The position numbers were made by a program, and so were the translations under genes. From a virus (Duplodnaviria > Caudoviricetes): a stretch of 54,622 bases of DNA. The notes under the pieces were generated by a model that saw only the letters and a program-made list of their open reading frames with translations, did not search any database and was not told the origin of the DNA. Shown here in pieces: positions 1 to 10,181 of this stretch (the stretch's first letter is position 1; every line of letters starts with the position of its first letter). Location: IMG/VR virus record IMGVR_UViG_3300017741_000005, positions 1 to 54,622 of that record. One strand, given 5' to 3'.

Positions 1-1
1 A

Positions 2-535
2 CATGTTGGTAATCTTCACGTTGACTCAGCAGATATTATTACGATTGCGAGAGCAAATCTTTCAGGCGGAACAGGTATTACATATAATACAGGGACAGGT
101 GCAATCACAACAACAGATGGAGACATCGTTCACGATAATCTGTCAGGGTTTGTTGCAAATGAACACATAGACCATACCAGTGTTTCAATGATTGCAGGAA
201 ATGGTTTGAGTGGTGGTGGAACAATCGCAGCCGACAGAACATTCAACATTGACTCAGCAAATGTCAGAGGCATATTTACTGCAAACAAAGGTTTATCTGT
301 ATCATCTGGTGAGTTTAACATTGACTCAGCAAACGTTAGAGGTATGTTCTCTGCTTCTGGATTATCATATAATAATGGAACAGGTGCATTTAGCATATCT
401 GCAACACAAGTCATGGACTTGATAAAAACAGTAGATTCGAATGGTAGTGGATTGAATGCAGCGACACTTGATGGTCAAGAAGGCACACACTATCGTATCA
501 ATGTATTCAATGCGGCTGGAAGTCTATTAAACTAG
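2..535 (+). CDS. Tail fibre/baseplate-associated structural protein, 5'-truncated by window edge
   Basis: Frame of ORF 188..535 is open from position 2 (HVGNLHVDSADII...). G/S/T/N-rich, with a repeated FNIDSANVRG unit and a C-terminal SGLNAATLDGQEG motif typical of phage fibres. Lies directly upstream of gp13. Confidence 0.7.
   Translation, partial: HVGNLHVDSADIITIARANLSGGTGITYNTGTGAITTTDGDIVHDNLSGFVANEHIDHTSVSMIAGNGLSGGGTIAADRTFNIDSANVRGIFTANKGLSVSSGEFNIDSANVRGMFSASGLSYNNGTGAFSISATQVMDLIKTVDSNGSGLNAATLDGQEGTHYRINVFNAAGSLLN
242..342 (+). repeat. Intragenic direct repeat, 72-nt period (FNIDSANVRG x2)
   Basis: ttcaacattgactcagcaaatgtcagagg at 242-270 and tttaacattgactcagcaaacgttagagg at 314-342. 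Confidence 0.9.
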
Positions 536-543
536 GATAAATA
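536..543 (+). promoter_or_regulatory. T4-type late promoter variant GATAAATA
   Basis: One mismatch to TATAAATA, 5 nt before the gp13 ATG. Confidence 0.5.
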
Positions 544-548
544 CAACT

Positions 549-1346
549 ATGGCAAGACCAAGTTCAAGAGAAACATTTATAGATTACTGTCTAAGACGTT
601 TGGGTCATCCTGTTATCGAGATAAACATGGATGAGGAACAAATGGATGACCGTGTAGATGACGCATTGCAACTCTACTACGAGTATCATGCTGATGGTAG
701 CACTCGTATTCCCTTTGCAATTAAACTGACACAGACTCATTTCGATAACGAGTATATTGATTTGAATGCGGTTGATTCAGAAAATCCCGGCCTTGCGGCA
801 ATAAGAAATAGAATTATAAATGTTGTAAAAGTGTTTCCACTAAATGACCAGACATCTGATGTAAATTTCTTTGATGTAAAATATCAGATGAGATTGAATG
901 ATATGTTTGATTTACAGACAGGTATTGGTGACCTTGCATACTACGAGCAGATGCAACAGTATCTTGGTTTGGTTGATATGAAACTTACTGGTCATCCACA
1001 GATTGCATATAACAGACGAACAGGTCATTTAGTAATTGAAGGTGATTTGAAATCTGAACAAACAAGTGCAGATATCAGAGTGGGAGAATTTATTATGGTA
1101 GAATTGTATATTCGTCTTGGTAATGATGTAAATGTTTGGGACGATTTATTTCTCAAAGAATATACAACAGCATTATTTAAAAAACAATGGGGTGAGAACA
1201 TATCAAAGTTTGACGGAATAACTATGCCTGGCGGGATAACACTAAATGGTCGTCAATTGGTTGATGATGCGAATGTTGACATCGAAAAAGCAAGAGAGAG
1301 ACTATACAACGAATACGACACACCACCTGACTTCTTTGTGGGGTAA
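549..1346 (+). CDS. gp13: Neck protein gp13
   Basis: N-terminal PSSRETFIDYCLRRLGHPVIEIN, C-terminal KFDGITMPGGITLNG...PPDFFVG; T4-like synteny. Confidence 0.93.
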   Translation: MARPSSRETFIDYCLRRLGHPVIEINMDEEQMDDRVDDALQLYYEYHADGSTRIPFAIKLTQTHFDNEYIDLNAVDSENPGLAAIRNRIINVVKVFPLNDQTSDVNFFDVKYQMRLNDMFDLQTGIGDLAYYEQMQQYLGLVDMKLTGHPQIAYNRRTGHLVIEGDLKSEQTSADIRVGEFIMVELYIRLGNDVNVWDDLFLKEYTTALFKKQWGENISKFDGITMPGGITLNGRQLVDDANVDIEKARERLYNEYDTPPDFFVG

Positions 1347-1349
1347 ATA

Positions 1350-2246
1350 ATGGCAACTAATCCATATTTTAAACAAGGTGTTCGTTCGGAACAACAACTC
1401 TACGAAGATATTATCATCGAAGCACTAAAGTTCTATGGCCAAGATGTATTCTATCTACCTCGTGAAGTAATCAATAAAGATAAAGTATTTCTTGATGATG
1501 TGCCTTCTCGTTTTGGAGATGCATATAAGATAGAGATGTATATCGAGAACACTGATGGATTTGATGGTGAAGGAGACCTCTTCACTAAGTTTGGTGTTGA
1601 GATTCGTGACCAAGCAACTTTTGTTGTTGCAAAAAAAAGATGGACACAATTAGTTGGAAGTAATCTGGCCACAGCAAACTTTCGTCCAAGAGAGGGTGAC
1701 CTAATCTATCTTGAACTATCTCAATCTCTTTTTCAAATCATGAAAGTTGAGACCGAGACACCATTCTATCAGGTAAAAGACCTTCCGACATTCCGTCTTA
1801 TGTGTGAGTTGTTCGAATACAATGACGAAGACTTTGACACATCAATCGAAGACATTGATTCAATTGAACTTGATGGTTCATATCAGTATCGTCTCACAAT
1901 GGACTCAGGACAAGGATATATACTTGGTGAGACAGTTTCACAGGCATTTGCTACAGGTGGTGGAGTTCTTGGAACAGAGGCTTATACTATCAATGGTGAG
2001 GTCACTCGTTGGTCTGACTCAGATAAAATTCTACAACTTGCTCATGTGGGTGCTAATGATGGTAAATTCCACGAACCTACGACTACTCAGTTTGTTACTG
2101 GTAATACGTCTAATGCAAAGGCAACACCGACAGGTGTCGTAGAACTTCAGGAGATTGTCAATGATGCTCAGAATAAAACCTTTGACGACTTTGAGAGTGA
2201 CTTCTTAGACTTCTCAGAGAGTAATCCATTTGGAGATATGTCGTAA
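1350..2246 (+). CDS. gp14: Neck/head-closure protein gp14
   Basis: NPYF...EQQLYEDIIIEAL.FYGQDVFYLPRE, RPREGDLIY, FSESNPFG motifs; synteny. Confidence 0.93.
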   Translation: MATNPYFKQGVRSEQQLYEDIIIEALKFYGQDVFYLPREVINKDKVFLDDVPSRFGDAYKIEMYIENTDGFDGEGDLFTKFGVEIRDQATFVVAKKRWTQLVGSNLATANFRPREGDLIYLELSQSLFQIMKVETETPFYQVKDLPTFRLMCELFEYNDEDFDTSIEDIDSIELDGSYQYRLTMDSGQGYILGETVSQAFATGGGVLGTEAYTINGEVTRWSDSDKILQLAHVGANDGKFHEPTTTQFVTGNTSNAKATPTGVVELQEIVNDAQNKTFDDFESDFLDFSESNPFGDMS

Positions 2247-3034
2247 TGTTTGGAACACATTTTTATCATAAACGAGTTAGAACTGCGGTCTCTGTATTTG
2301 GGTCACTATTCAATAATCTTTATGTTCTAAGAACTAAGAGTGATGGGTCAGTCATGTCTCAGGTTAAAGTGCCTTTGTCATATGCACCCAAAAGAAATTT
2401 TCTATCTCGTCTTCAAGAAATGTCAGATAAGGGTGCAGAAGCAGAACGACTTGTTGCAATCAAACTACCTCGTATGTCATTTGAGATTACAAGCATGAGT
2501 TATGATGCGGTGCGTCAACTGCCTAAAATAAACTCAATATCAAAAGCAATTCAAGACCAAGCAGTTACCAAAAGAGAAAAACTATTTACGTCTACACCTT
2601 ACATACTTAACTTTCAATTGAACATCTATGCAAAATCACAGGATGATGCGTTGCAAATTGTAGAACAGATTCTACCTTTCTTTGCACCACAATATACAAT
2701 ATCAGTAAAACCATTTACCGATATTCCAAGTTTGATTGAGGATGTCCCTATTACACTCACAAGTGTTGGAATGCAAGATGATTATGAAGGTGCAATCGAA
2801 CAAAGAAGAACGATTGTGTATACTCTTGATTTTGAAATGAAGATTGCATTCCATGGCCCACTGAGTCAAAGCAGAATTATTCGTGATGTTCGCAGTAATT
2901 TATTTTTACAAAATGCAGGATTAAACGATAGTGATGTTTATGTTGAAACAATAAAAGTAGTTCCGAATCCTGTCACAGTAAATGCAGATAGTGATTATGG
3001 ATTTACTGAAACATTTTTGGATAGTGCGCCTTGA
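2246..3034 (+). CDS. gp15: Tail sheath stabiliser/terminator gp15
   Basis: MFGTHFYH...FGSLFNN, KVPLSYAPK, LPRMSFE, QIVEQILPFF motifs; synteny. Confidence 0.93.
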   Translation: MFGTHFYHKRVRTAVSVFGSLFNNLYVLRTKSDGSVMSQVKVPLSYAPKRNFLSRLQEMSDKGAEAERLVAIKLPRMSFEITSMSYDAVRQLPKINSISKAIQDQAVTKREKLFTSTPYILNFQLNIYAKSQDDALQIVEQILPFFAPQYTISVKPFTDIPSLIEDVPITLTSVGMQDDYEGAIEQRRTIVYTLDFEMKIAFHGPLSQSRIIRDVRSNLFLQNAGLNDSDVYVETIKVVPNPVTVNADSDYGFTETFLDSAP

Positions 3035-3384
3035 CCGATAACGTAAAAAACGACTATGAATACTCTCGTGATACATATTATAACCTTTTAGAAAAAGGTA
3101 AAGAGAGTTTAGAATTAATGATTGAAGTTGCTCGTGAGAGTGAACATCCTAGAGCATTTGAAGTATTGTCAGGTATGATGAAAAACATGGCAGACATCAA
3201 TGATAAATTGATGGACTTGAATAAGAAAAACAAGGAAATCAACAGAAAGGATGATGAACCAACACAGATAGGTAATACCACCAATAATCTTTATGTTGGA
3301 ACGACAGCGGATTTGCAAAGGTTGCTTCAGGAAGAAAAAGGAATGGTGATAGATGCTGAATCAGAAGGAAAATTACCTCGGTAA
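3031..3384 (+). CDS. gp16: Terminase small subunit gp16
   Basis: DYEYSR...ESEHPRAFEV...TNNLYVGTTADLQ; TTG start overlapping the gp15 stop. Confidence 0.92.
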   Translation: MTDNVKNDYEYSRDTYYNLLEKGKESLELMIEVARESEHPRAFEVLSGMMKNMADINDKLMDLNKKNKEINRKDDEPTQIGNTTNNLYVGTTADLQRLLQEEKGMVIDAESEGKLPR

Positions 3385-4972
3385 TCCTAATGTCAAGCGT
3401 GATGGGATTCGACAACAATATACAAAAGAACAGTTAAAAGAATACATTAAGTGTTCTAATGACCCTGTATATTTTGCAACGACCTATCTGAAAGTTATAT
3501 CTCTTGATGATGGACTTGTTCCATTTAACTTATATCCATATCAAGTTGATATGTTCAAACACTTTAATGAAAATAGGTTTTCAATCGTTCTGGCATGTCG
3601 TCAGTCAGGCAAGTCAATTAGTAGTGTCGCATATATACTTTGGTATGTATGCTTTCACACTGAGAAGACCGTTGCAATCTTGGCAAACAAGGGAGCAACT
3701 GCTAGAGAGATGTTATCTCGTATATCTCTTATGTTGGAAAATCTTCCATTTTTTCTGCAGCCAGGTTGTAAAGCTCTCAATAAAGGTTCTATTGAGTTTT
3801 CTAATAATTCTAGGATTATCGCCGCTTCTACCTCTGGTAGTTCCATTCGTGGTCTGTCTGTTAATTTACTATTTCTTGACGAGTTTGCATTCGTGGAAAG
3901 AGCGAACGAGTTCTACACCTCGACCTACCCAGTTATCTCCGCAGGCCGAGAAACTAAAGTCATCATTACAAGCACTGCGAACGGAATTGGTAACACCTTC
4001 CACAAAATATGGGAAGGGTCAGTCCAAAAAGTAAATGAGTTTGTTCCATTTACTGTAAACTGGTGGGATGTGCCAGGCCGTGATGAGAAATGGAAAGCAC
4101 AGACGATTGCAAACACATCTCAACTTCAATTTGACCAAGAGTTTGGTAACACCTTTTTTGGGACAGGTGATACTCTAATCAACGCTGAGACGTTGTTATC
4201 GTTTCGTGCAAAACCACCTAAAAAAGTGTTCGAAGGTGGCGACCTATTGGTCTATGAAGAACCTATCAAGAGTCACGAGTATATCATGACTGTTGACGTG
4301 TCAAAAGGAAGAGGTCAGGATTATTCTACCTTTACGGTAATTGATATTGGCACTAGACCGTTCAAACAGGTTGCCGTTTATCGCAACAATACTATTTCTC
4401 CAATTCTCTTTCCCAATATTATATATAAGTATGCAAACCTCTATAATCAAGCCTATGTGGTAATAGAGTCAAATGATTCTGGACAGGTAGTATGTAATGG
4501 ACTATATCAAGATATGGAGTATGATAATATCCATATGGAATCTGCGATAAAGGCAGACCGTATCGGTATTGAGATGAACAGAAAAGTTAAAAGACTAGGA
4601 TGTTCAGGTATCAAAGATATTCTAGAAAACAAAAAACTTTCAATCGTAGATGAACAAACTATATTAGAAATATCTACATTTACTTCAAAGGGACAGTCAT
4701 ACCAAGCATCTGATGGTAATCATGATGACCTGATGATGAATCTAGTGATGTTTGGATACTTTGTATCTACACAATTCTTTGCTGATATGACAGACATCAA
4801 TCTTAAAGAAATGATGTTTAAAAGAAAAATGCAAGAGATACATGACGATGTTCCACCATTCGGACATATAGATGATGGAATTGAAAATGCTGAGTTAGAA
4901 GAGAGTCAAGATGAATGGAATGGCCGTTGGCATAACTACTCAAACTACAAAATAGGTGTGGAAGATTGGTAA
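3353..4972 (+). CDS. gp17: Terminase large subunit gp17
   Basis: YLGNPN N-terminus, Walker A RQSGKS, Walker B LLFLDE, nuclease DVSKGRGQDYS and HDDL motifs. Confidence 0.97.
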   Translation: MLNQKENYLGNPNVKRDGIRQQYTKEQLKEYIKCSNDPVYFATTYLKVISLDDGLVPFNLYPYQVDMFKHFNENRFSIVLACRQSGKSISSVAYILWYVCFHTEKTVAILANKGATAREMLSRISLMLENLPFFLQPGCKALNKGSIEFSNNSRIIAASTSGSSIRGLSVNLLFLDEFAFVERANEFYTSTYPVISAGRETKVIITSTANGIGNTFHKIWEGSVQKVNEFVPFTVNWWDVPGRDEKWKAQTIANTSQLQFDQEFGNTFFGTGDTLINAETLLSFRAKPPKKVFEGGDLLVYEEPIKSHEYIMTVDVSKGRGQDYSTFTVIDIGTRPFKQVAVYRNNTISPILFPNIIYKYANLYNQAYVVIESNDSGQVVCNGLYQDMEYDNIHMESAIKADRIGIEMNRKVKRLGCSGIKDILENKKLSIVDEQTILEISTFTSKGQSYQASDGNHDDLMMNLVMFGYFVSTQFFADMTDINLKEMMFKRKMQEIHDDVPPFGHIDDGIENAELEESQDEWNGRWHNYSNYKIGVEDW

Positions 4973-4974
4973 AG

Positions 4975-5022
4975 TATAAATAAAAGTATTGAACTACCGT
5001 ATTATGAAACTTATTATAAATA
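4975..5022 (+). promoter_or_regulatory. Tandem T4 late promoters TATAAATA (4975-4982, 5015-5022)
   Basis: Two exact gp55 consensus octamers upstream of gp18. Confidence 0.85.
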
Positions 5023-5043
5023 AAACGATATAAAGGAAAAGTT

Positions 5044-6816
5044 ATGGCACTTTTTACACCCTCCGCAAGTCCTGCCGTAACTGTAAAAGAAATTGACCTT
5101 ACGGGCGTAGTCCCTAATGTCCAGACTTCTACAGGTGCGTTCGTAGGCAACTTTGGTTGGGGAGCCGCAGGGGAAACCACACTCGTTTCAACAGAAACCG
5201 AGTTGGTTAATAAATTTTCTGCGCCTACAACCAGTAATACGGTAGACTTTCATTCTGCCGCATTCTTTCTAAGATATTCTAACACACTACAAGTTGTCCG
5301 TGAAGTTGATAGTGACGCAAAAAATGCTCTCGCTAACAACACATCACTTGGTTCACTTACAGCACAACAAATCAAAAACGTAAATGCATTCGAGTCACTC
5401 ACTATCGATAGTTCTGATGGTGCGTTTCTTGCTAAGTATCCTGGCGAACTTGGTAACTCACTTCAAGTTGCTATCTGTGGTTCAGATAGTGATGCTGGTG
5501 GAGCAACCAACTTTAATGCATGGGCATACAAATCAAGTTTTGATGCAGCGCCTGGAACATCAACATTCGTGTCAAATCACGGCGGTAAAAACGATGAAAT
5601 CCACGTTGCTATTATTGACCAAGATGGTGAAATCACTGGAAATGTTGGTGAGGTTCTCGAAACATTCCCATTCTTATCTGTTGCGACTAACGCAAAGACA
5701 ACAGATGGAACATCAAACTACTATCGTGATGTTATAAAAACACAATCTCAGTGGATAAACGCTGGTATCCTGCACACAGGAGACTCTGCTTCTGTATCTG
5801 ATTTCCGTGGTGCAAATTGGGACACTGCTTCAACACAGGCTGGAAACACAGATTTTAAATCTGATTTTAAATTCTCAGTCGCACAAGCAACATGGTCACT
5901 CGCAGGTGGTGTTTCTTCTTCAACCCTTGGAACAGACGATATTCTTCGTGGTTTCGATAAGTTTGAAGACAAAGACAATATCGAGATTGATTTCTTGATT
6001 GCACCTGAGTCTATTGCTGACGCAACTGCAACAACTGTTGTAAATGACTTGGTTGCAACTGCCGCATCACTTCGTAAGGATTGTGTAGTGGTCGCATCAC
6101 CGTCACGCACAGCCGCAGTGACAACTGGAACAAATACTGCGATTCTAGCATGTAATAACACATACACCAAATCATCGTATCTCTTCCAAGATAATAATTA
6201 CCTCAAGGTATTTGATAAGTATAATGACCAATTTATCAAAATTCCTGCCGCATCAAGCACCGCTGGTTTGATGGCTTCTACCGATTTAGTCGCTGCGAAC
6301 TTCTTCTCACCAGCTGGTTCTCGTAGAGGTCGTTATCTTGGTATTACAGACATCGTTGTTTCTCCGACTAAGGCAGAAAGAGATGCGCTGTATAAAGCAG
6401 GTATCAATCCAATCGCAAATATCCCAGGCGAAGGAATTATTCTTTTTGGTGATAAAACTAATGAGTCACGACCAAGTGCGTTTGACCGCATCAATGTTCG
6501 TAGACTCTTCTTGGGTATCGAACGTGCAATTGCAATTGCAGGGCGAAACGTAATGTTTGAGTTCAATGACGAGTTTACTCGTGCAGAGTTCGTAAACATC
6601 GTTGAACCATTCCTTCGTGAGATTCAGGGAAGACGGGGTATTACTGACTTCCGTGTTATCTGTGACGAAACGAATAACACTGCCGCTGTGATTGACCGCA
6701 ATGAATTTATTGCAAGCATCTTCATCAAGCCTGCTCGTTCTATCAACTATGTGACACTTAACTTTGTCGCAGTTAGAACTGGTGTAGACTTCGAAGAAGT
6801 TGTTGGCACAGTATAA
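5044..6816 (+). CDS. gp18: Tail sheath protein gp18
   Basis: SPAVTVKEIDLT N-terminus, SAFDRINVRRLF, FEFNDEFTR, IKPARSINY motifs. Confidence 0.97.
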   Translation: MALFTPSASPAVTVKEIDLTGVVPNVQTSTGAFVGNFGWGAAGETTLVSTETELVNKFSAPTTSNTVDFHSAAFFLRYSNTLQVVREVDSDAKNALANNTSLGSLTAQQIKNVNAFESLTIDSSDGAFLAKYPGELGNSLQVAICGSDSDAGGATNFNAWAYKSSFDAAPGTSTFVSNHGGKNDEIHVAIIDQDGEITGNVGEVLETFPFLSVATNAKTTDGTSNYYRDVIKTQSQWINAGILHTGDSASVSDFRGANWDTASTQAGNTDFKSDFKFSVAQATWSLAGGVSSSTLGTDDILRGFDKFEDKDNIEIDFLIAPESIADATATTVVNDLVATAASLRKDCVVVASPSRTAAVTTGTNTAILACNNTYTKSSYLFQDNNYLKVFDKYNDQFIKIPAASSTAGLMASTDLVAANFFSPAGSRRGRYLGITDIVVSPTKAERDALYKAGINPIANIPGEGIILFGDKTNESRPSAFDRINVRRLFLGIERAIAIAGRNVMFEFNDEFTRAEFVNIVEPFLREIQGRRGITDFRVICDETNNTAAVIDRNEFIASIFIKPARSINYVTLNFVAVRTGVDFEEVVGTV

Positions 6817-6830
6817 GGGGGGATTGACAG

Positions 6831-7358
6831 ATGGCAATTCTAGGAATCGAAGATTTCAAATCAAAACTTAGAGGTGGGGGCGCTCGTCCTAATCTCTTCA
6901 AAGCAACTGTGAACTTCCCAGGCTATGCTGGCGGAGATGTTGAACTTACATCATTCTTGTGTAAGACCGCTCAACTTCCTCCATCAATCATTGCACCAAT
7001 CGAAGTTCCATTCAGAGGACGACAGTTGAAGATTGCAGGTGACCGCACATTCGAACCGTGGACAGTAACAATCATCAACGATACTGATTTTTCTATCCGT
7101 AATTCTATGGAACGTTGGATGAATGGTATCAATTCTCACTCCGCAAATACAGGTTTGACTAATCCAGTGGATTATCAAGCAGACCTAGTTGTTGAACAAT
7201 TGGATAAAGACTCTACAATTTTGAAAACATACAACTTCCGTGGATGTTTTCCAACAAACGTATCTGAGATTGAAGTCAACTACGAAACAAATGACGCAAT
7301 CGAAGAGTTTACTGTTGAGTTCCAAGTTCAATATTGGGAATCCGCAACGACTAGTTAA
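6831..7358 (+). CDS. gp19: Tail tube protein gp19
   Basis: GGGARPNLF, VPFRGRQLKIAGDRTFEPWTVTIIND, IEEFTVEF motifs. Confidence 0.97.
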   Translation: MAILGIEDFKSKLRGGGARPNLFKATVNFPGYAGGDVELTSFLCKTAQLPPSIIAPIEVPFRGRQLKIAGDRTFEPWTVTIINDTDFSIRNSMERWMNGINSHSANTGLTNPVDYQADLVVEQLDKDSTILKTYNFRGCFPTNVSEIEVNYETNDAIEEFTVEFQVQYWESATTS

Positions 7359-7374
7359 TATCATTATAAGTAAA

Positions 7375-7403
7375 GGGGTAGGGTTAATCCCTACCTCTTT
7401 TTT
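7375..7403 (+). terminator. Intrinsic terminator after gp19, preceded by late-promoter variant TATAAGTA at 7365-7372
   Basis: Stem ggggtaggg/ccctacctc followed by a T run. Confidence 0.75.
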
Positions 7404-7418
7404 ATAGATGGATAGGTA

Positions 7419-8930
7419 ATGGCAGAACAAGACAATAGTATCTTCAAGTTGTTTGGTTTCGAACTCAAACGAGCCTCCGAAAGAGTAAAGGAAGACCCCA
7501 AACTTAAATCAATTGTTGCTCCTACAGATGATGATGGTGCAGGATATATAACTGCGTCTGGTTCTCACTATGGACAATACGTTGATATGGATGGCGCTCA
7601 GGCGAAAGACAATCAACAACTCATTATGAAATATAGAGGTGTATCACATCATCCTGAAGTAGATGCCGCCGTAGAAGATATTGTGAATGAATCTATTGTT
7701 GGTTCAGAAGGTATTGCATGTGAAATCAACTTAGATAAAGTCGATGCCGCAAACAATATCAAAAAACAAATGACCGAAGAGTTCAATAACGTTTACTCTA
7801 TGATGAAATTTAGTGAACTTGGTCATGATATTTTCCGTTCATTTTATGTGGATGGTCGTCTTGTTTTTCATTTGGTCGTAAATGAAAGTAATATGAAAGC
7901 CGGTATTCAAGAGATTCGGCCGATTGATTCCGCAAAAATTCGTAAGGTCAAAGAGGTCAAGTATAAGAAAGACCCTGCTACTGGTGCAAAGGTCGTTGAT
8001 AAAATAAATGAGTTCTATCTCTTTCAAGAAAAAGCAGGAATGAATCAGGGTGTAAGATTATCACCTGACTCAGTATCCTATACCACAAGTGGACTTCTTG
8101 ACCCATCAAAAAGAACAGTGGTATCTTATTTACATAAGGCACTCAAACCAATCAACCAACTAAGAATGATGGAAGACTCTCTAGTCATCTATCGTCTTGC
8201 TCGTGCGCCTGAAAGACGCATATTCTATATTGACGTTGGTAATATGCCAAGGAATAAATCCGAAGCATATATGAAAGACATTATGACTCGTTATAGAAAC
8301 AAGTTAGTATATAACGCAAGCACAGGTGAACTCAAGGATGACCGTAAACATATGTCCATGTTGGAAGATTTCTGGTTACCACGCCGTGAGGGTGGACGTG
8401 GAACAGAGATTACCACATTGCCAGGCGGTGAAAACTTAGGTCAGATAGACGATATCATATATTTCCAAAAGAGATTATATCGTTCATTGAATGTTCCTAT
8501 CAATCGCCTTGAACAAGAAGCACAATTCTCCTTGGGTCGAGCCACTGAAATTTCACGAGACGAGGTGAAGTTTCAGAAGTTTATTGACCGATTGCGTAAA
8601 AGATTCTCTATGGTATTTACGAATATCCTGAGAAAACAACTAATCTTGAAAGGTGTAATCACTGAACAAGATTGGGAATCATGGAAAAGTGATATCTATA
8701 TTGACTTCCAAAGAGACAATCACTTTACAGAGTTGAAAGATGCGGAGTTACTCCGTGAGAGACTTACAACTCTTGACCAAGTATCAAACTATGTTGGGGA
8801 ATACTTCTCAAGAGAGTGGGTCATGAAAAATGTCATGATGTTCTCAGATGAAGATATTACCCAAATGAAAGATGAAGTTGAAAAAGAGAATGCCAAAGGT
8901 GGCGATGAAGAAGAGAATGAGGAATTTTAA
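7419..8930 (+). CDS. gp20: Portal protein gp20
   Basis: YLHKALKPINQLRMMEDSLVIYRLARAPERRIFYIDVGN and EDFWLPRREGGRGTEI signature motifs. Confidence 0.98.
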   Translation: MAEQDNSIFKLFGFELKRASERVKEDPKLKSIVAPTDDDGAGYITASGSHYGQYVDMDGAQAKDNQQLIMKYRGVSHHPEVDAAVEDIVNESIVGSEGIACEINLDKVDAANNIKKQMTEEFNNVYSMMKFSELGHDIFRSFYVDGRLVFHLVVNESNMKAGIQEIRPIDSAKIRKVKEVKYKKDPATGAKVVDKINEFYLFQEKAGMNQGVRLSPDSVSYTTSGLLDPSKRTVVSYLHKALKPINQLRMMEDSLVIYRLARAPERRIFYIDVGNMPRNKSEAYMKDIMTRYRNKLVYNASTGELKDDRKHMSMLEDFWLPRREGGRGTEITTLPGGENLGQIDDIIYFQKRLYRSLNVPINRLEQEAQFSLGRATEISRDEVKFQKFIDRLRKRFSMVFTNILRKQLILKGVITEQDWESWKSDIYIDFQRDNHFTELKDAELLRERLTTLDQVSNYVGEYFSREWVMKNVMMFSDEDITQMKDEVEKENAKGGDEEENEEF

Positions 8931-8932
8931 CA

Positions 8933-9259
8933 ATGAGTGAAACCGAAATTAATCCAATTGAAGACCTTGTAAATCAAATCACAGATGGTGAGTTGAATAA
9001 GGCAGAGGGTTCTTTCAATAGTCTAATCCAAGATAAAATGGTTGCGGCTTTGAATGCCCGAAGAATTGATGTAGCAAGCAGTGTATATGGAGTATCCGAT
9101 GGAGAACCTGAAGACGAAACTGATATCGTTGATGAAGTCGTTGAAGACGAAATTGAAACAGATTTGGACGAAACTGAAACCGATTCTGAAGAAGATTCTG
9201 ACATATCTGACGAAGAAATTGAAGAGTTTTTGGACGATTCTGAAGACGAAACTGAATAA
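8933..9259 (+). CDS. Prohead core protein (gp67-like), highly acidic C-terminus
   Basis: Position between gp20 and gp21; D/E-rich tail. Confidence 0.7.
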   Translation: MSETEINPIEDLVNQITDGELNKAEGSFNSLIQDKMVAALNARRIDVASSVYGVSDGEPEDETDIVDEVVEDEIETDLDETETDSEEDSDISDEEIEEFLDDSEDETE

Positions 9260-9281
9260 TATTCGTTAAAAAGTATTTTTA

Positions 9282-9289
9282 TATAAATA
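9282..9289 (+). promoter_or_regulatory. T4 late promoter TATAAATA
   Basis: Exact consensus, 8 nt before the 9298 ATG. Confidence 0.85.
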
Positions 9290-9297
9290 ATATTACA

Positions 9298-9510
9298 ATG
9301 AAAAGATATAAAGAAATATTACTAGAACTAGCAGGGCGAAAGCCCGCTGGTAAGTCCGTTTTTAACAAAAAGTTAAACGGCTTTCCTGTATTGATTACAA
9401 AAGAAAAAAACGAATTTGTTGTGTATATTGATGGTGACCGATTAGACTCCTTCAAATCACAACGAGAGGCAGAGCAATCTGCTCAAAAAGTAACAAAGGC
9501 ACTAAAGTAA
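9298..9510 (+). CDS. Small basic head-module protein (gp68 position)
   Basis: Late promoter upstream; stop overlaps the gp21 start. Confidence 0.6.
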   Translation: MKRYKEILLELAGRKPAGKSVFNKKLNGFPVLITKEKNEFVVYIDGDRLDSFKSQREAEQSAQKVTKALK

Positions 9511-10172
9511 TGAAACTTATTACTGAGTATACCGAAAACGATACACTTCAGTGTATTATCGAAAAGAAAGCAGATGGCGAAAAGAACTACGTCATCGAAG
9601 GTGTCTTTGCACAAACAGATAAAAAAAATCGTAATGGCCGTGTTTACCCTAAACCAATTATGGAAAAGGCAATAGGCAAATACGACAAAGAACAAATTCA
9701 GAAAAATCGTGCGGTTGGGGAACTCAATCACCCCGAAGGGCCAACGGTTAATCTGGACAAAGTTTCTCATCGCATCACTGAAATGAAATTTCAGGGTAAT
9801 GATGTGGTAGGAAAGGCACAAATATTGGATACTCCGATGGGTAAGATTGTGAAAGGTCTTCTCGATGGTGGTGTGCAACTAGGCGTGTCAACTCGTGGTA
9901 TGGGTAGTCTTGAGAGACAAAATGACACGATGGTCGTCAAAGACGACTTTATTCTTAGCACTGTTGACATAGTGCAAGACCCATCTGCACCTAATGCATT
10001 TGTTAATGGAATTATGGAAGGTGTTGAGTGGGTTTGGAATAATGGCATTTTAGAACCTCAAGAAATTGAAATAATGGAGACTGAAATTAAGACTGCTCCG
10101 AAACCTGTCTTGTATGAGACAAGCGTTCGAGAGTTTAAGAATTTCCTCTCGTTACTAAAATCTAGCATGTAG
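9510..10172 (+). CDS. gp21: Prohead protease gp21
   Basis: MKLITE, NRNGRVYP, GELNHP, LGVSTRGMGS, DIVQDPSAPNAFV motifs. Confidence 0.97.
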   Translation: MKLITEYTENDTLQCIIEKKADGEKNYVIEGVFAQTDKKNRNGRVYPKPIMEKAIGKYDKEQIQKNRAVGELNHPEGPTVNLDKVSHRITEMKFQGNDVVGKAQILDTPMGKIVKGLLDGGVQLGVSTRGMGSLERQNDTMVVKDDFILSTVDIVQDPSAPNAFVNGIMEGVEWVWNNGILEPQEIEIMETEIKTAPKPVLYETSVREFKNFLSLLKSSM

Positions 10173-10181
10173 GAGGTCAAT

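Noticed and set aside
242-342. Repeat as a CRISPR array or diversity-generating retroelement repeat
   Set aside because: Only two in-frame copies encoding a peptide repeat, differing at synonymous positions; no cas or reverse transcriptase gene in the window.
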